Counted from the stretch's first letter, positions 8,358-16,993 are shown. The stretch: DNA of 17,797 nt from an uncultured archaeon (GCA_964347045.1 CAYFXC010000029.1:1-17797); one strand, 5' to 3'. Numbers and translations are program-made. The notes: a model not told the origin generated them from the letters alone.

Positions 8358-8585
8358 ATGATTTTTAGCTTGAGACTCCAATTGAACGGTATGCTTGAGA
8401 CTGCCCCGATACTTTTACTCTTGTTAATAATCTTAGGATTTACATTGTCACTTATCAAAATTCGTTATCCATTTATAGAGAAACTAGTTGCGCTGTTTAC
8501 CATCTACATTTGGATTGGCATGGTAATTCTGAAATGGGTTTGGCGAGAACCTAAACGGTACAAAATAGCACGAGGAACAGATTAG
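8358..8585 (+). CDS. Small hypothetical membrane protein (2 TM), possibly a fragment
   Basis: 75-aa ORF with two hydrophobic stretches, 23 nt after the longin gene stop. No recognised motif. Confidence 0.35.
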   Translation: MIFSLRLQLNGMLETAPILLLLLIILGFTLSLIKIRYPFIEKLVALFTIYIWIGMVILKWVWREPKRYKIARGTD

Positions 8586-8590
8586 CTCTT

Positions 8591-9146
8591 TTATTTGATG
8601 ATCTCAATGAAATGTACCGAACAAGAAATGCAGGGATCATAGGCACGAATGAGGGGTTCTAGCTTGGTGGAGACGGTTTTGTGGCTTTCAGGAGCGGGTT
8701 TCGAAGTTGAGGGAGGAGTTTTTGGGCTTTGACCTGGATCCCGTGTTCCATGGTGGGAACGTTTTGAGCCGTGGCAATTACAATATTGACTTTGATGATG
8801 GCTCCGTCATTTGTCCAATAGTTGAATAAGAGTGCCACGAGAGGCTTCAACTACACCAATACCCTCTGCCCCTGAGGTTCAACGGGGAAGCGATAGTTAT
8901 CTTCTTGGAGACTGGAGTTTTTAATTAGGGCGATTGCTTGTCCAACAACGCTAACGAGTTCTGTGGATCGTGCAAGGTTGTAACCAATTGAATCGTGAAT
9001 GGAACATCCTCCAAACAGTTCGAAAAGTTGGTCGGCGTAACCTTGAGCTTCAGGGCTTGCCATTTTCTTAGCAATGTTGAGTCGGGCGAGGGGACCCACG
9101 CAATAGTTGCCTTTTTCGGGTTCGAGTTCACCCTCTTTCGGAAAAT
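8591..9146 (-). pseudogene. Remnant C-terminal ~185 aa of a group 3 [NiFe]-hydrogenase large subunit, with three frameshifts
   Basis: Stitched minus-strand translation: KGNYCVGPLARLN...YNLARSTEL...VEPQ / AEGIGVVEASRGTLI / NYWTNDGAIIKVNIVIATAQN.. / KLEPLIRAYDPCISCSVHFIEIIK*. The L2 motif DPCISCSVH is at 8638-8612 and the stop at 8593-8591. Shifts are near 8870, 8825 and 8700. Confidence 0.9.
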
Positions 9147-9164
9147 GCTAGAGGTCAAAAATGC

Positions 9165-9530
9165 CTATTGGTTGTCTAGGACTTTCGTAATAGTTTGTAG
9201 GAGGTGGGCAAACCTAACTGGTTTGATAAGAAATGAAATTGCTCCAGCTTTTAGAGCTTGTTCTCGTGCCGTTTCGTCCGCACTTAAAAAAATTATTTTG
9301 CTTGCAGGATCGATGCTCCGAATTTCCCGAGTAGCTGATACGCCATCCTTGATTGGCATCCTGTAGTCCATGAGCAAGACATCCGGTCGTGGGTTCAGTG
9401 TATCAAAGATTTTGACTGCTTCGGCGCCATCAAAAGCGCTTCCGATTACATTGAATCCTTTCATTGAAAAAAAGGATCGGTATACACGATGCAGGTTCTC
9501 ATCATCATCAACAATAAAGATTGAGACCAT
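9165..9530 (-). CDS. Stand-alone response regulator receiver protein (CheY-like)
   Basis: IVDDDE, PDVLLMDYRMP (phospho-acceptor Asp), FLSAD, IKP. Overlaps the kinase stop (TAATG at 9532-9528). Confidence 0.93.
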   Translation of the reverse strand: MVSIFIVDDDENLHRVYRSFFSMKGFNVIGSAFDGAEAVKIFDTLNPRPDVLLMDYRMPIKDGVSATREIRSIDPASKIIFLSADETAREQALKAGAISFLIKPVRFAHLLQTITKVLDNQ

Positions 9531-11032
9531 TATCGCTCCCCCCGAGGTATGAGTACAACAAAATTAGCGCCTTGTGAATGATCGCCAGCTATTCGATCTT
9601 CAACCCAAATCTGACCACCATAGCGTTGAAGAATTCGTTGGACTAATGTTAATCCTATACCCGAACCTCGAACGCCCTCCATTTCGTCTGGGATTCGATT
9701 GAAAATCCGTTTCTTCTCCGAATCAGGCACTCCTGGTCCTTGGTCTAGCACCTCAACTTTAATGAAGTTATTGTCGGTGGTGTCTTCAGCTTGGACTTCA
9801 ATTTTGACTAACTGATTGCGATCCATTTTCATTGCATTATGGATAATGTTGAAAAACAACTCCGTGAGGAACCCGTCTCCATATACCCAGAACTCTTTAT
9901 CCTGAATATTGGTTGAGAGAAATAACTGTTTATTTGGGAACGCGCGTTCTACCGCTCGAACAGCCGCATGGAAGGGAGGTGAGAGATCACGGGTGGTTAG
10001 TCGACGCGGTTCAGATTCTAAAGTTTGAAAACGTTTTACATTTGAGATAAGCTCAGCACTTCGCTCTATTTGATTAAGTGAGTCCTGTAATCCTTCACGT
10101 AAGTGCTTTGGTAGCTGTTCATCACTCTCAATGAGTTCCAGTGTCAACATGATTCCTTGATTTATGTTATTCAAGTCATGGGCCATGAGGTCAACAAGGA
10201 ATTCCGCACGTTGATGAGCGGATAATAATTCAATATTGGCTTTCTTACGTTCTGTGATATCTTCCATTGTTCCTTCATAGCAGTTAATTTCGCTATTGGC
10301 ATCTCGTATTGCCCGGGAATTCATTTCGACCCAAATTCGCTCTCCATCCCTGCGGTGCAACTGAGCTTCGAAGCCTCGTACAACTTCCTTTTGTCTTACC
10401 AAGTCTTTCCAACGATTACGAGCATCTGTGTTAACATAAAACTCAGATGCCTTATGCTTCAGTAACTCTTCTTTTTTTTCAAAACCAAGCATTTCTACTA
10501 AGGCGGGATTTGCATCAAGGATTTGTCCATCCGGGGTCGTCCGATAGATCCCCACTGGTACGCTATTAAAAAGGCTTTGATATTGGGCTTCTGACTCCTT
10601 GAGTGCTGTCTCCATTTTCTTTTCGGTGGTGACATCGATTCCTATTCCAAAGATTTCTTCAACATCCCCTTGTTCATCAGTGATGAAGGTGTTATTCCAT
10701 TGCATTAGTCGCTTGGTACCTGACTTGGTTATCCAATGCACCTGTGGTGAATACGCCGGGGATTTCCCTTGAACTAGATTTTGGAATCTGAACATTAAGT
10801 CTGCTCGTTCATCTTCTGGAATGAGTAATTCAACAATGTTTTTCCCAAGAACTTCTTCCTCTGTATAACCCGTAACCTCTTCACAGCGACGGTTAAACAA
10901 AGTTATTAGACCCTGAGTATCAACTCCAACCACCAAAGCACCGGTAGCATCAACAAGACGGCTAAACCGGTCTCGTTTGTCTTTAATCGTCTTTTCTGGT
11001 GACGGCTCAGATTGGCGAGTAGGAAGTGGCAT
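9530..11032 (-). CDS. Cytoplasmic PAS-PAS sensor histidine kinase
   Basis: Two PAS/PAC domains (FNRRCEEVTGY...GIDVT; ANPALVEMLGF...EDITERK). H-box MAHDLNN, N-box FNIIHNAMK, G1 DQGPGV, G2 GSGIGL. No TM segments. Confidence 0.93.
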   Translation of the reverse strand: MPLPTRQSEPSPEKTIKDKRDRFSRLVDATGALVVGVDTQGLITLFNRRCEEVTGYTEEEVLGKNIVELLIPEDERADLMFRFQNLVQGKSPAYSPQVHWITKSGTKRLMQWNNTFITDEQGDVEEIFGIGIDVTTEKKMETALKESEAQYQSLFNSVPVGIYRTTPDGQILDANPALVEMLGFEKKEELLKHKASEFYVNTDARNRWKDLVRQKEVVRGFEAQLHRRDGERIWVEMNSRAIRDANSEINCYEGTMEDITERKKANIELLSAHQRAEFLVDLMAHDLNNINQGIMLTLELIESDEQLPKHLREGLQDSLNQIERSAELISNVKRFQTLESEPRRLTTRDLSPPFHAAVRAVERAFPNKQLFLSTNIQDKEFWVYGDGFLTELFFNIIHNAMKMDRNQLVKIEVQAEDTTDNNFIKVEVLDQGPGVPDSEKKRIFNRIPDEMEGVRGSGIGLTLVQRILQRYGGQIWVEDRIAGDHSQGANFVVLIPRGER

Positions 11033-11130
11033 TGGCGGTTCCTCTGTTGAAGAGGTAAGCTAATTGAACCACGAATGGCTCTTATCTCCTGATTGGCTTC
11101 AAACCCCTTATTCCAACCCGCTCAATCAAA

Positions 11131-11146
11131 GGTATAAAACCTTTTC
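11131..11146 (-). promoter_or_regulatory. Archaeal BRE + TATA promoter for the kinase/receiver operon
   Basis: Minus strand reads GAAAAGG-TTTTATA-CC, about 100 nt upstream of ATG 11032. Confidence 0.5.
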
Positions 11147-11192
11147 ATCAGCTCGTTTGAGAAACAACTTCATTGTAGATTTTACAACAACC

Positions 11193-11999
11193 TCAGATGT
11201 TGTCTTTTATTAAAGACTGTATTAGATGTTCAATCCCAAAGCGTCCTTCTGTATTGGGTAAATACCACGGCTCAGGAAATTTAAGCACATCTTTTATCTC
11301 GGGAATAGATTTCCCTGCCGCTGCCAACTCCCGCACCTGAACACCTATATCAGTAAGAAATCGAATCCGGGTTTCAATATGGTCGTGGGGTTCCACTATC
11401 GGACCCCAATGTGCATCAAACAGAACCGCCACATTCATATCTTGGATTTCTTTCATCCGCTGAATCGTCTTCGGGATATTCTCATCAAACATCGCTATCT
11501 GCTTCTGTGACGGGAGGGGCACCGCATCCGCAGAGAACAACCACCGTCGCTCTGGGTCCCAAAGACCGAACATTTCCTGACTATGCCCTGACAAATCCAC
11601 CACCTCAAAGGTCGCATCACCCACGACAATAGAGGAAGCATCTAGCACTTTTGCTTCAGGAACTGGGGTAAGATTCCCCCAGACAAACTGGAAAAACTCC
11701 GGCAACGGATAAGGCTTATGAACCGCTTCCAGTGTCACAGGTCCCGCAAACACTTCCGCTTCCGGTACAAACGCGGCACATCCGCCAATATGATCCTCAT
11801 GATCGTGCGAGACATACACCCGCTTCACAGAATGAGCTTTAGCGTGGACTCGTAGCTCTTCAATTGCGTTACCACACCCCGCATCAAAGACCACGTCACC
11901 AAGTTGATAGGCGTACACCCATATGATGGCCCTGCCACCCATCGATGAGGCAGTCTTGATGCCCATAACGTCTTCATTGAAGGGTTCGATTTCAATCAT
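11193..11999 (-). CDS. MBL-fold metallo-hydrolase
   Basis: FDAG, SHDHEDHIGG (HxHxDH), GHS, FSADAV, DAH. Confidence 0.9.
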   Translation of the reverse strand: MIEIEPFNEDVMGIKTASSMGGRAIIWVYAYQLGDVVFDAGCGNAIEELRVHAKAHSVKRVYVSHDHEDHIGGCAAFVPEAEVFAGPVTLEAVHKPYPLPEFFQFVWGNLTPVPEAKVLDASSIVVGDATFEVVDLSGHSQEMFGLWDPERRWLFSADAVPLPSQKQIAMFDENIPKTIQRMKEIQDMNVAVLFDAHWGPIVEPHDHIETRIRFLTDIGVQVRELAAAGKSIPEIKDVLKFPEPWYLPNTEGRFGIEHLIQSLIKDNI

Positions 12000-12013
12000 T
12001 AGAGTATCACATC

Positions 12014-12871
12014 CTACTCATAATCAGTCAGTAAGGGTGTATCTTCAATGAATTCTCCTTTTAATCCTAACCTGCGAAAGAAGTCAAGAACAGCGATACA
12101 GGCGAACTTTTCGGTCGAGTAATGGGTTGCCGCAAGGATGTTAACGCCTTCTTTTTCAGCAGTCTTATGAAACTTGATGGTGTCTGGAAATCGGGGGTTC
12201 GGTTTGGTAATGCCAGTTACATAGGTATTCAGGCCATTTATCACAATCTCTGCAATCACTTCCGAGATATTACCCCCTCCTCCCACAACTGCCACACGCT
12301 GATCCTGAATCGTGTCTGTCCCATAATCCCACACCTTCACAGTATGTTCCACCACTGATTCGATTTTTTTTGCTAATTCCGTCACCGTTGATATTGGGGT
12401 TCTACCAATGCTGCCTACATGGACTTCATGGTATTCGCAGAACGTAGATTCAGGCACAACTCCAATTGCCTCTGCTAAGGTCGTACTGGTAGAATAAGGT
12501 CCAACCTTGTCCAATGGGATATGCAAGGTATACATGGCAATTCGCTTTTCTTTCAAAGTCGCAAGCAGGTCTCGGGGAATCGCCACAAAGGTCGCATCCT
12601 TCTTTGTTGAAACCCACGTGAAGGGGTGATGGGTCAACAGCAACACATCTTTGTCACCTGAGTCGATAATCCACTTCAAGACCGAATCACTGGGAAACAC
12701 CGCGGTATAAACCCGGGTAATCTCTTTTGCGTTGTCCAGCACCACTCCTGAAAACCGCGCTCTGAAAGTCTCAGTATAATATTCATCAAATTCCATCCAA
12801 CTCCAATCATCCCTTAGCCGATCAACGTCAAAATCCGAATCAAGTTGTTCGTACAGCAGTTTCGACTTCAC
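12014..12871 (-). CDS. NIF3/YbgI-like dinuclear metal protein (DUF34)
   Basis: LLLTHHP, LHIPLD, VAVVGGGG, YVTG, ATHYSTEK. GTG start with SD GGAGGG. Lies 14 nt from the MBL gene, so likely co-transcribed. Confidence 0.88.
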   Translation of the reverse strand: MKSKLLYEQLDSDFDVDRLRDDWSWMEFDEYYTETFRARFSGVVLDNAKEITRVYTAVFPSDSVLKWIIDSGDKDVLLLTHHPFTWVSTKKDATFVAIPRDLLATLKEKRIAMYTLHIPLDKVGPYSTSTTLAEAIGVVPESTFCEYHEVHVGSIGRTPISTVTELAKKIESVVEHTVKVWDYGTDTIQDQRVAVVGGGGNISEVIAEIVINGLNTYVTGITKPNPRFPDTIKFHKTAEKEGVNILAATHYSTEKFACIAVLDFFRRLGLKGEFIEDTPLLTDYE

Positions 12872-12901
12872 TTAGAACCCTCCTTCTTCTTGATTCCTAC
12901 T

Positions 12902-13178
12902 GCTTTAGTATTAAATAACTGGGGTGACACAATCAGCAATATTCTCGACTACGAAGCGCTCAACGCCTTCACTGAAACTCTCCCTAAGGTTAAATATGTC
13001 TAAACTCGCAGCGACTGGTGTCAACACGAAACCCTCAAAGCCTTCACTCAAACCCTCGCAAATAAGGAACTCGATCGACTCGTTATTGCCGCTTGCAGTC
13101 CACATCTTTTTGGTTCTCGATTCTATCACGCCGCAGAACAAGCTCATCCCTCGAATCATTGAAGCTTTGAGTAGTTAG
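12902..13178 (+). pseudogene. hdrA: Remnant N-terminal domain of heterodisulfide reductase subunit A (HdrA-like)
   Basis: The frame from 12902 reads ALVLNNWGDTISNILDYEALNAFTETLPKVKYV*TRSDWCQHETLKAFTQTLANKELDRLVIAACSPHLFGSRFYHAAEQAH, matching the HdrA N-terminal LDRxVxAACSP motif. There is an internal TAA at 13001-13003, then a frameshift to PRIIE. Confidence 0.8.
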
Positions 13179-13193
13179 GAGCCGCCTTCGCAA

Positions 13194-14345
13194 TTATTGG
13201 AAAGTGCTGTTGAAAGCGGCGATGATTTGATGTACGTTTTGCAGATTTGCTAGAGCCATTTCGTCGCCATATCGCCAATCCCAAGGGCCGAGACCACATT
13301 CGGGACCTGCAAAGGGAATGCGGTCAATGCCGTAGCGTTCAACCGCGGCCTGAAGGTACTGATGAATTTCTTCTGGGGGTTGGAGGTAGGGTTGGTAGTT
13401 CCCTGATTGTATTTGATCCCAGGATTCGCGTAGGTCAGCATTTGAAGCGAAGGTGGGTCCGTCAGTCCGCATGATGGCGGCTCGAATGTATATATCGTGC
13501 TCGTCAAGCCATGCTTTTGAGACAATGACACCAAGGTGTGCTTCAAGAAGGTTCCAATTCGATTTAGCCAACTGATGGTAGGGAGATGCGTGAAGGTGGA
13601 GACCACGATAACACTTGGAAGAGATTGCGGAGAGTACAGTGTTCCAAGTAGTGTTGAGATGCCTAAGGCTGGTATCAGTTTTTGTATCCATGAATAGATC
13701 TCCCACGCCTGCTACTCCGATCGAAGGTTCATCGAGGGTGATAATGCATGGTTTAAGGTATTTAGTTTCAATTTGGGCGTTCTTCATGAAGGCTTGGACG
13801 ATTGGTGCAAAAGAGTCGATGAGGGATTCATCGTAACGGGGACCAACGCCCATATCCCGCCATAGTCGATTGGCCATCTCAAAAGGTCCAGTAATGCAGG
13901 CCCGGTATTCGATGCACTCAATGTCCAATTCTTGGCAGAGGGCTTTTGCTCCCTGTTGGAGGGCTAAGAGCTCGGCAACTTGAGCGTTTTCTGGTGAGAG
14001 GTGAATACTCGTTCCGTCCCAAAGATACCTTGCGGCCTGTTTTTGGATTCCTTTGCCCTGACGAACGATGGGATCAAGGAATTGGCTTAGCATGTCCCGT
14101 TCAACGTGACTTTGAACATAGCAGGGTACACAAAATTCAGGTCCCAGCGCTGTTAATTTGCGAGCGAAAGCGTCATTGTGTGTTCGTATGAAGTATTGTG
14201 CGGCTTCCGATTTGTTGCCATCCTCCAGATCAGCAGCCCCTTGGGCATATCTTTTCAAATCGATATCAATGAGTGGAAAACTACCCACATCAGTGGTTCG
14301 AATGGGATTTGCGGAGCTGTTGGACACTAAGAACACCAATCTCAA
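13194..14345 (-). CDS. Single-barrel 'core' (cobalamin-independent MetE catalytic domain-like) methionine synthase; likely GTG start at 14327
   Basis: TTDVGSFP, ITGPF, LDEPSIG, GLHLH, AGPECGL. About 380 aa, without the N-terminal barrel of full MetE. Confidence 0.75.
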   Translation of the reverse strand: MRLVFLVSNSSANPIRTTDVGSFPLIDIDLKRYAQGAADLEDGNKSEAAQYFIRTHNDAFARKLTALGPEFCVPCYVQSHVERDMLSQFLDPIVRQGKGIQKQAARYLWDGTSIHLSPENAQVAELLALQQGAKALCQELDIECIEYRACITGPFEMANRLWRDMGVGPRYDESLIDSFAPIVQAFMKNAQIETKYLKPCIITLDEPSIGVAGVGDLFMDTKTDTSLRHLNTTWNTVLSAISSKCYRGLHLHASPYHQLAKSNWNLLEAHLGVIVSKAWLDEHDIYIRAAIMRTDGPTFASNADLRESWDQIQSGNYQPYLQPPEEIHQYLQAAVERYGIDRIPFAGPECGLGPWDWRYGDEMALANLQNVHQIIAAFNSTFQ

Positions 14346-14420
14346 AATAATGATATTGCTAATTAAGGTAAGTAGCAGGCAAAAACTTAGGGGTGTTGTC
14401 TAAAGGGCTTTTTTTACTCG

Positions 14421-15557
14421 CTAGCCTTTGGATTTAGCGGATTTCTTAGTCTTTTTTGTTTGGGGAGTTTCTTTCACGGGCCAGCGGCGCCCATGTTCAA
14501 GGGCCCGATCAATAGCGATTTCAGCAATGGCGCTTGAATGTTCTAAGATTTTTCCAAAGGACTCAAAAATATTTTCTAGGCAAAACATGGCTTTTTGGTG
14601 GGGTCCGAAGAGGGCACAACTTTCGGGTGTGAGTTTGGGAAGCATTTGTTTGCAGAGTTTTACCAAATGTTGTTCCATGAGTTCCTCAGCTTGTTGGCGC
14701 ATGGGCACAAAGTGATCAATTTCGTTAATGACATGATTGGCGGCTTTATCATCACCGTGTAGCATGGCTTCTGCAGCCATTGCGTATATTCGGTGAACAT
14801 GATTTCCCGTTTTCAATGCCAGGTTACAGAGATCTTTTGGGCATTTTTCCTTGCCAAGGGCGACAACGGATTGGGCAATATTTTTTGCGTGGTCAGCAAC
14901 GTTTTCGATGCGCTGGATAAACATCAAATAGGTGAGACAGTCCATCGAATCAATACTCAGTTCGTTCATGAATCGCGGGTCAAGCAAAGCAGCCCGGAGC
15001 TGTTTGAATACAAGGAAGTAGAACTGATTGACATCTTCGTCTAAACCAATAACAGTCATAGCGAGTTCTACATCACGGATTTGGAGGGCAGAAAGAGCAT
15101 CCATCAGCATGGTAGATGTGATGCGATGAGCTAGGCGCATACTTTTTGGCAAATCCAATTGATTCAGTTTCATAAGCGATTGTATGACGATTTCATTTGT
15201 ACTGGCATCAATGATTTGTAACCCAGTTAACATTCGTACGCGCCGACGGACAAGTGATTGTTGTTCTGGAGTGAAAACTCCTCTAGAACGAATACGAATG
15301 ATACCAAAATTATTGAGATAAGCTGCTATGAGCCGGCGTTCCAGAATTCCAGGTTCATCCTCGGGATCAATCATGATTTCTTGTTCTGAAGGTTCATCTG
15401 AGAATTCCTTGACGGGATAGACCGCCAAGGAGCCGTCACGTTGTGGGATAAGGATCACGTGATCTGAGGAGTCAAGTTTGTATTTAGTTGCCCAACTTTT
15501 GGGAAGGGAAACAACTATTGAGCTCTTACCTAGTCGCATAATTTTGCGTTTTTCCAT
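14421..15557 (-). CDS. phoU: Archaeal phosphate-uptake regulator: AbrB/SpoVT N-terminal domain plus PhoU repeats (ORF is open from 15683)
   Basis: MEKRKIMRLGKSSIVVSLPKSWA (AbrB), RRLIAAYL, LDEDVNQFY...KQL, IQRIENVADHAKNIA. Confidence 0.88.
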   Translation of the reverse strand: MEKRKIMRLGKSSIVVSLPKSWATKYKLDSSDHVILIPQRDGSLAVYPVKEFSDEPSEQEIMIDPEDEPGILERRLIAAYLNNFGIIRIRSRGVFTPEQQSLVRRRVRMLTGLQIIDASTNEIVIQSLMKLNQLDLPKSMRLAHRITSTMLMDALSALQIRDVELAMTVIGLDEDVNQFYFLVFKQLRAALLDPRFMNELSIDSMDCLTYLMFIQRIENVADHAKNIAQSVVALGKEKCPKDLCNLALKTGNHVHRIYAMAAEAMLHGDDKAANHVINEIDHFVPMRQQAEELMEQHLVKLCKQMLPKLTPESCALFGPHQKAMFCLENIFESFGKILEHSSAIAEIAIDRALEHGRRWPVKETPQTKKTKKSAKSKG

Positions 15558-15651
15558 AGCTCTTCCCTTATAGGCTAGTTTTAGGACCACGTGAATTAGT
15601 ACCATTTGGCGATGTCTATATATCTTGCTGAGCGTCAATATTTTTTTCACA

Positions 15652-15689
15652 AAATCTATGCTGACAATACTTTCCGATAGCATAGATTT
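15652..15689. promoter_or_regulatory. Perfect 11-bp inverted repeat in the divergent phoU / phosphorylase intergenic region; candidate operator
   Basis: AAATCTATGCT (15652-15662), N16, AGCATAGATTT (15679-15689). Confidence 0.4.
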
Positions 15690-15762
15690 GAGGAACTCTT
15701 TTTAGGCAGACAAACTGCCACCTATTTAAAATAGTAATCTAATTCTCAGGGAGGAACTACCA

Positions 15763-16527
15763 ATGTTTGCTGAATATGAGCCCACACGATTAATCAAACG
15801 CGTCTTTGGTGTCACCCCTGATCAAATCGCATCGACCGTTCTTATCGCACCTGCAAAAAGCTATGTTGCTGAATTTATAGAACGCCTCCAAAAACCACTC
15901 CCCTTGGGAACATGGTTTACGGGGGTATCAGGATTTTTAGAAGACGAGAAATTCATTACAGTGTTGGATAACGTTCGATACGCGCCAGGAATGGCAGATT
16001 GTGTATATTTTCTTCAATTTGCAGGGGTAAGGAACATTTTCTACACGGGTGCGATTGGAGGATTAGCTCAAGGAATGGAAATCGGTGATTTCATCCTAGC
16101 CCAAGATTGTGAACGCGGAGATGGGGCTTCAGGATATTTTGCTTCTCTTTTTGAAAAAGCCTATGTGTGCACTGAGCTAGCGGAGAAAACCCGCCCCTAC
16201 TTACAAACAGTAGCAGAAGAAGAAGGAATACAGCTCTTCGAAGGACGGATATTTACCACCGATTCGTTAGCGGCCCAAACCATCGACTTTTTGTCTGCGT
16301 TATCCAAGAAGCGATTTTTAGGAATAGAGATGGAAACAAGTGCTTTGTATACAGTGGCAAAACATTCTGGGATGGATGCAGTTGCAGCCCATGTTATTTC
16401 TGATTTGCCCCTTAAAGGAAAAAGCCTCTTTGACAATTTAACGAAAACAGAAAAAGAAAGAAGGACAAGCGCCCAATCAGCAATCGTCCGTGCCCTTACT
16501 CAAGCCATAAAGGCAGTGGCAGAGTAG
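15763..16527 (+). CDS. Nucleoside phosphorylase, PNP/UDP family 1
   Basis: YTGAIGGL..IGDFIL, RGDGAS, GRIFTTD, IEMETSALY, VISD. SD GGAGGA. Confidence 0.88.
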   Translation: MFAEYEPTRLIKRVFGVTPDQIASTVLIAPAKSYVAEFIERLQKPLPLGTWFTGVSGFLEDEKFITVLDNVRYAPGMADCVYFLQFAGVRNIFYTGAIGGLAQGMEIGDFILAQDCERGDGASGYFASLFEKAYVCTELAEKTRPYLQTVAEEEGIQLFEGRIFTTDSLAAQTIDFLSALSKKRFLGIEMETSALYTVAKHSGMDAVAAHVISDLPLKGKSLFDNLTKTEKERRTSAQSAIVRALTQAIKAVAE

Positions 16528-16545
16528 CTGAATCGACACGCTTGT

Positions 16546-16887
16546 TTAGGCTTTTGCAACTAGGAGTAAAATTACTCCAATGAGCATGAGAACTCCGACG
16601 AGAAACCCCCAAGTTCCAAGGGCAAGGGCTGCAGCAACTAGGAAAATTATGGAAAATAGAAGCAGCAGAATTGCGTAGGTTTGGTAGTATCGCTTATAGA
16701 TTCGAAAGGTGAAAATGAGACATACAAGACCTAGACCAAGATAGATGACACCGTCGATGAGATTGAGACCCACTAGATCTATTACTCCTAGAATAACTGC
16801 TACAATTGATGCTATGAAACAAAGGATGACGCCGGCGAGTACAAGACCTGAATCTTTTGCCAAGATGGTCACCAGCCCCTCATGCAT
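16546..16887 (-). CDS. Small hypothetical membrane protein (about 4 TM)
   Basis: 113-aa ORF that is almost entirely hydrophobic helices and converges on the phosphorylase gene. Confidence 0.7.
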   Translation of the reverse strand: MHEGLVTILAKDSGLVLAGVILCFIASIVAVILGVIDLVGLNLIDGVIYLGLGLVCLIFTFRIYKRYYQTYAILLLLFSIIFLVAAALALGTWGFLVGVLMLIGVILLLVAKA

Positions 16888-16993
16888 TTAAGCTTCCCTT
16901 AAAGTCTTCTGATGAAATTTCCATATCTCTTTTCTTATTGGAAAATTCTGAATTTTGAACGATGGCTTTTTATCGACATTACCTGACTCACCT

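Noticed and set aside
8659-9158. ORFs 8659-8850, 8851-9099 and 8925-9158 as independent small genes, or as a programmed-frameshift or selenoprotein gene
   Set aside because: They are pieces or shadows of one hydrogenase pseudogene. Three shifts plus the missing N-terminus indicate decay, and the L2 motif uses Cys codons (TGC/TGT), not TGA.
12911-13178. ORF-track ORFs 12911-13159 (-) and 12924-13178 (+)
   Set aside because: Off-frame or antisense shadows of the hdrA remnant.
15558-15683. 42-aa N-terminal extension of PhoU in the ORF track
   Set aside because: AbrB-PhoU proteins begin at M-E-x-R-K (ATG 15557). The extension overlaps the promoter and inverted-repeat region.
16909-16951. CTGATGA followed by an imperfect stem (AATTTCCA/TGGAAAATT) and CTGA: possible hammerhead ribozyme or C/D box sRNA
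   Set aside because: There is no GAAA directly after the stem and no stems I/III for a hammerhead. There are no internal D'/C' boxes and the span is short for an archaeal C/D guide. More likely an AT-rich promoter palindrome.
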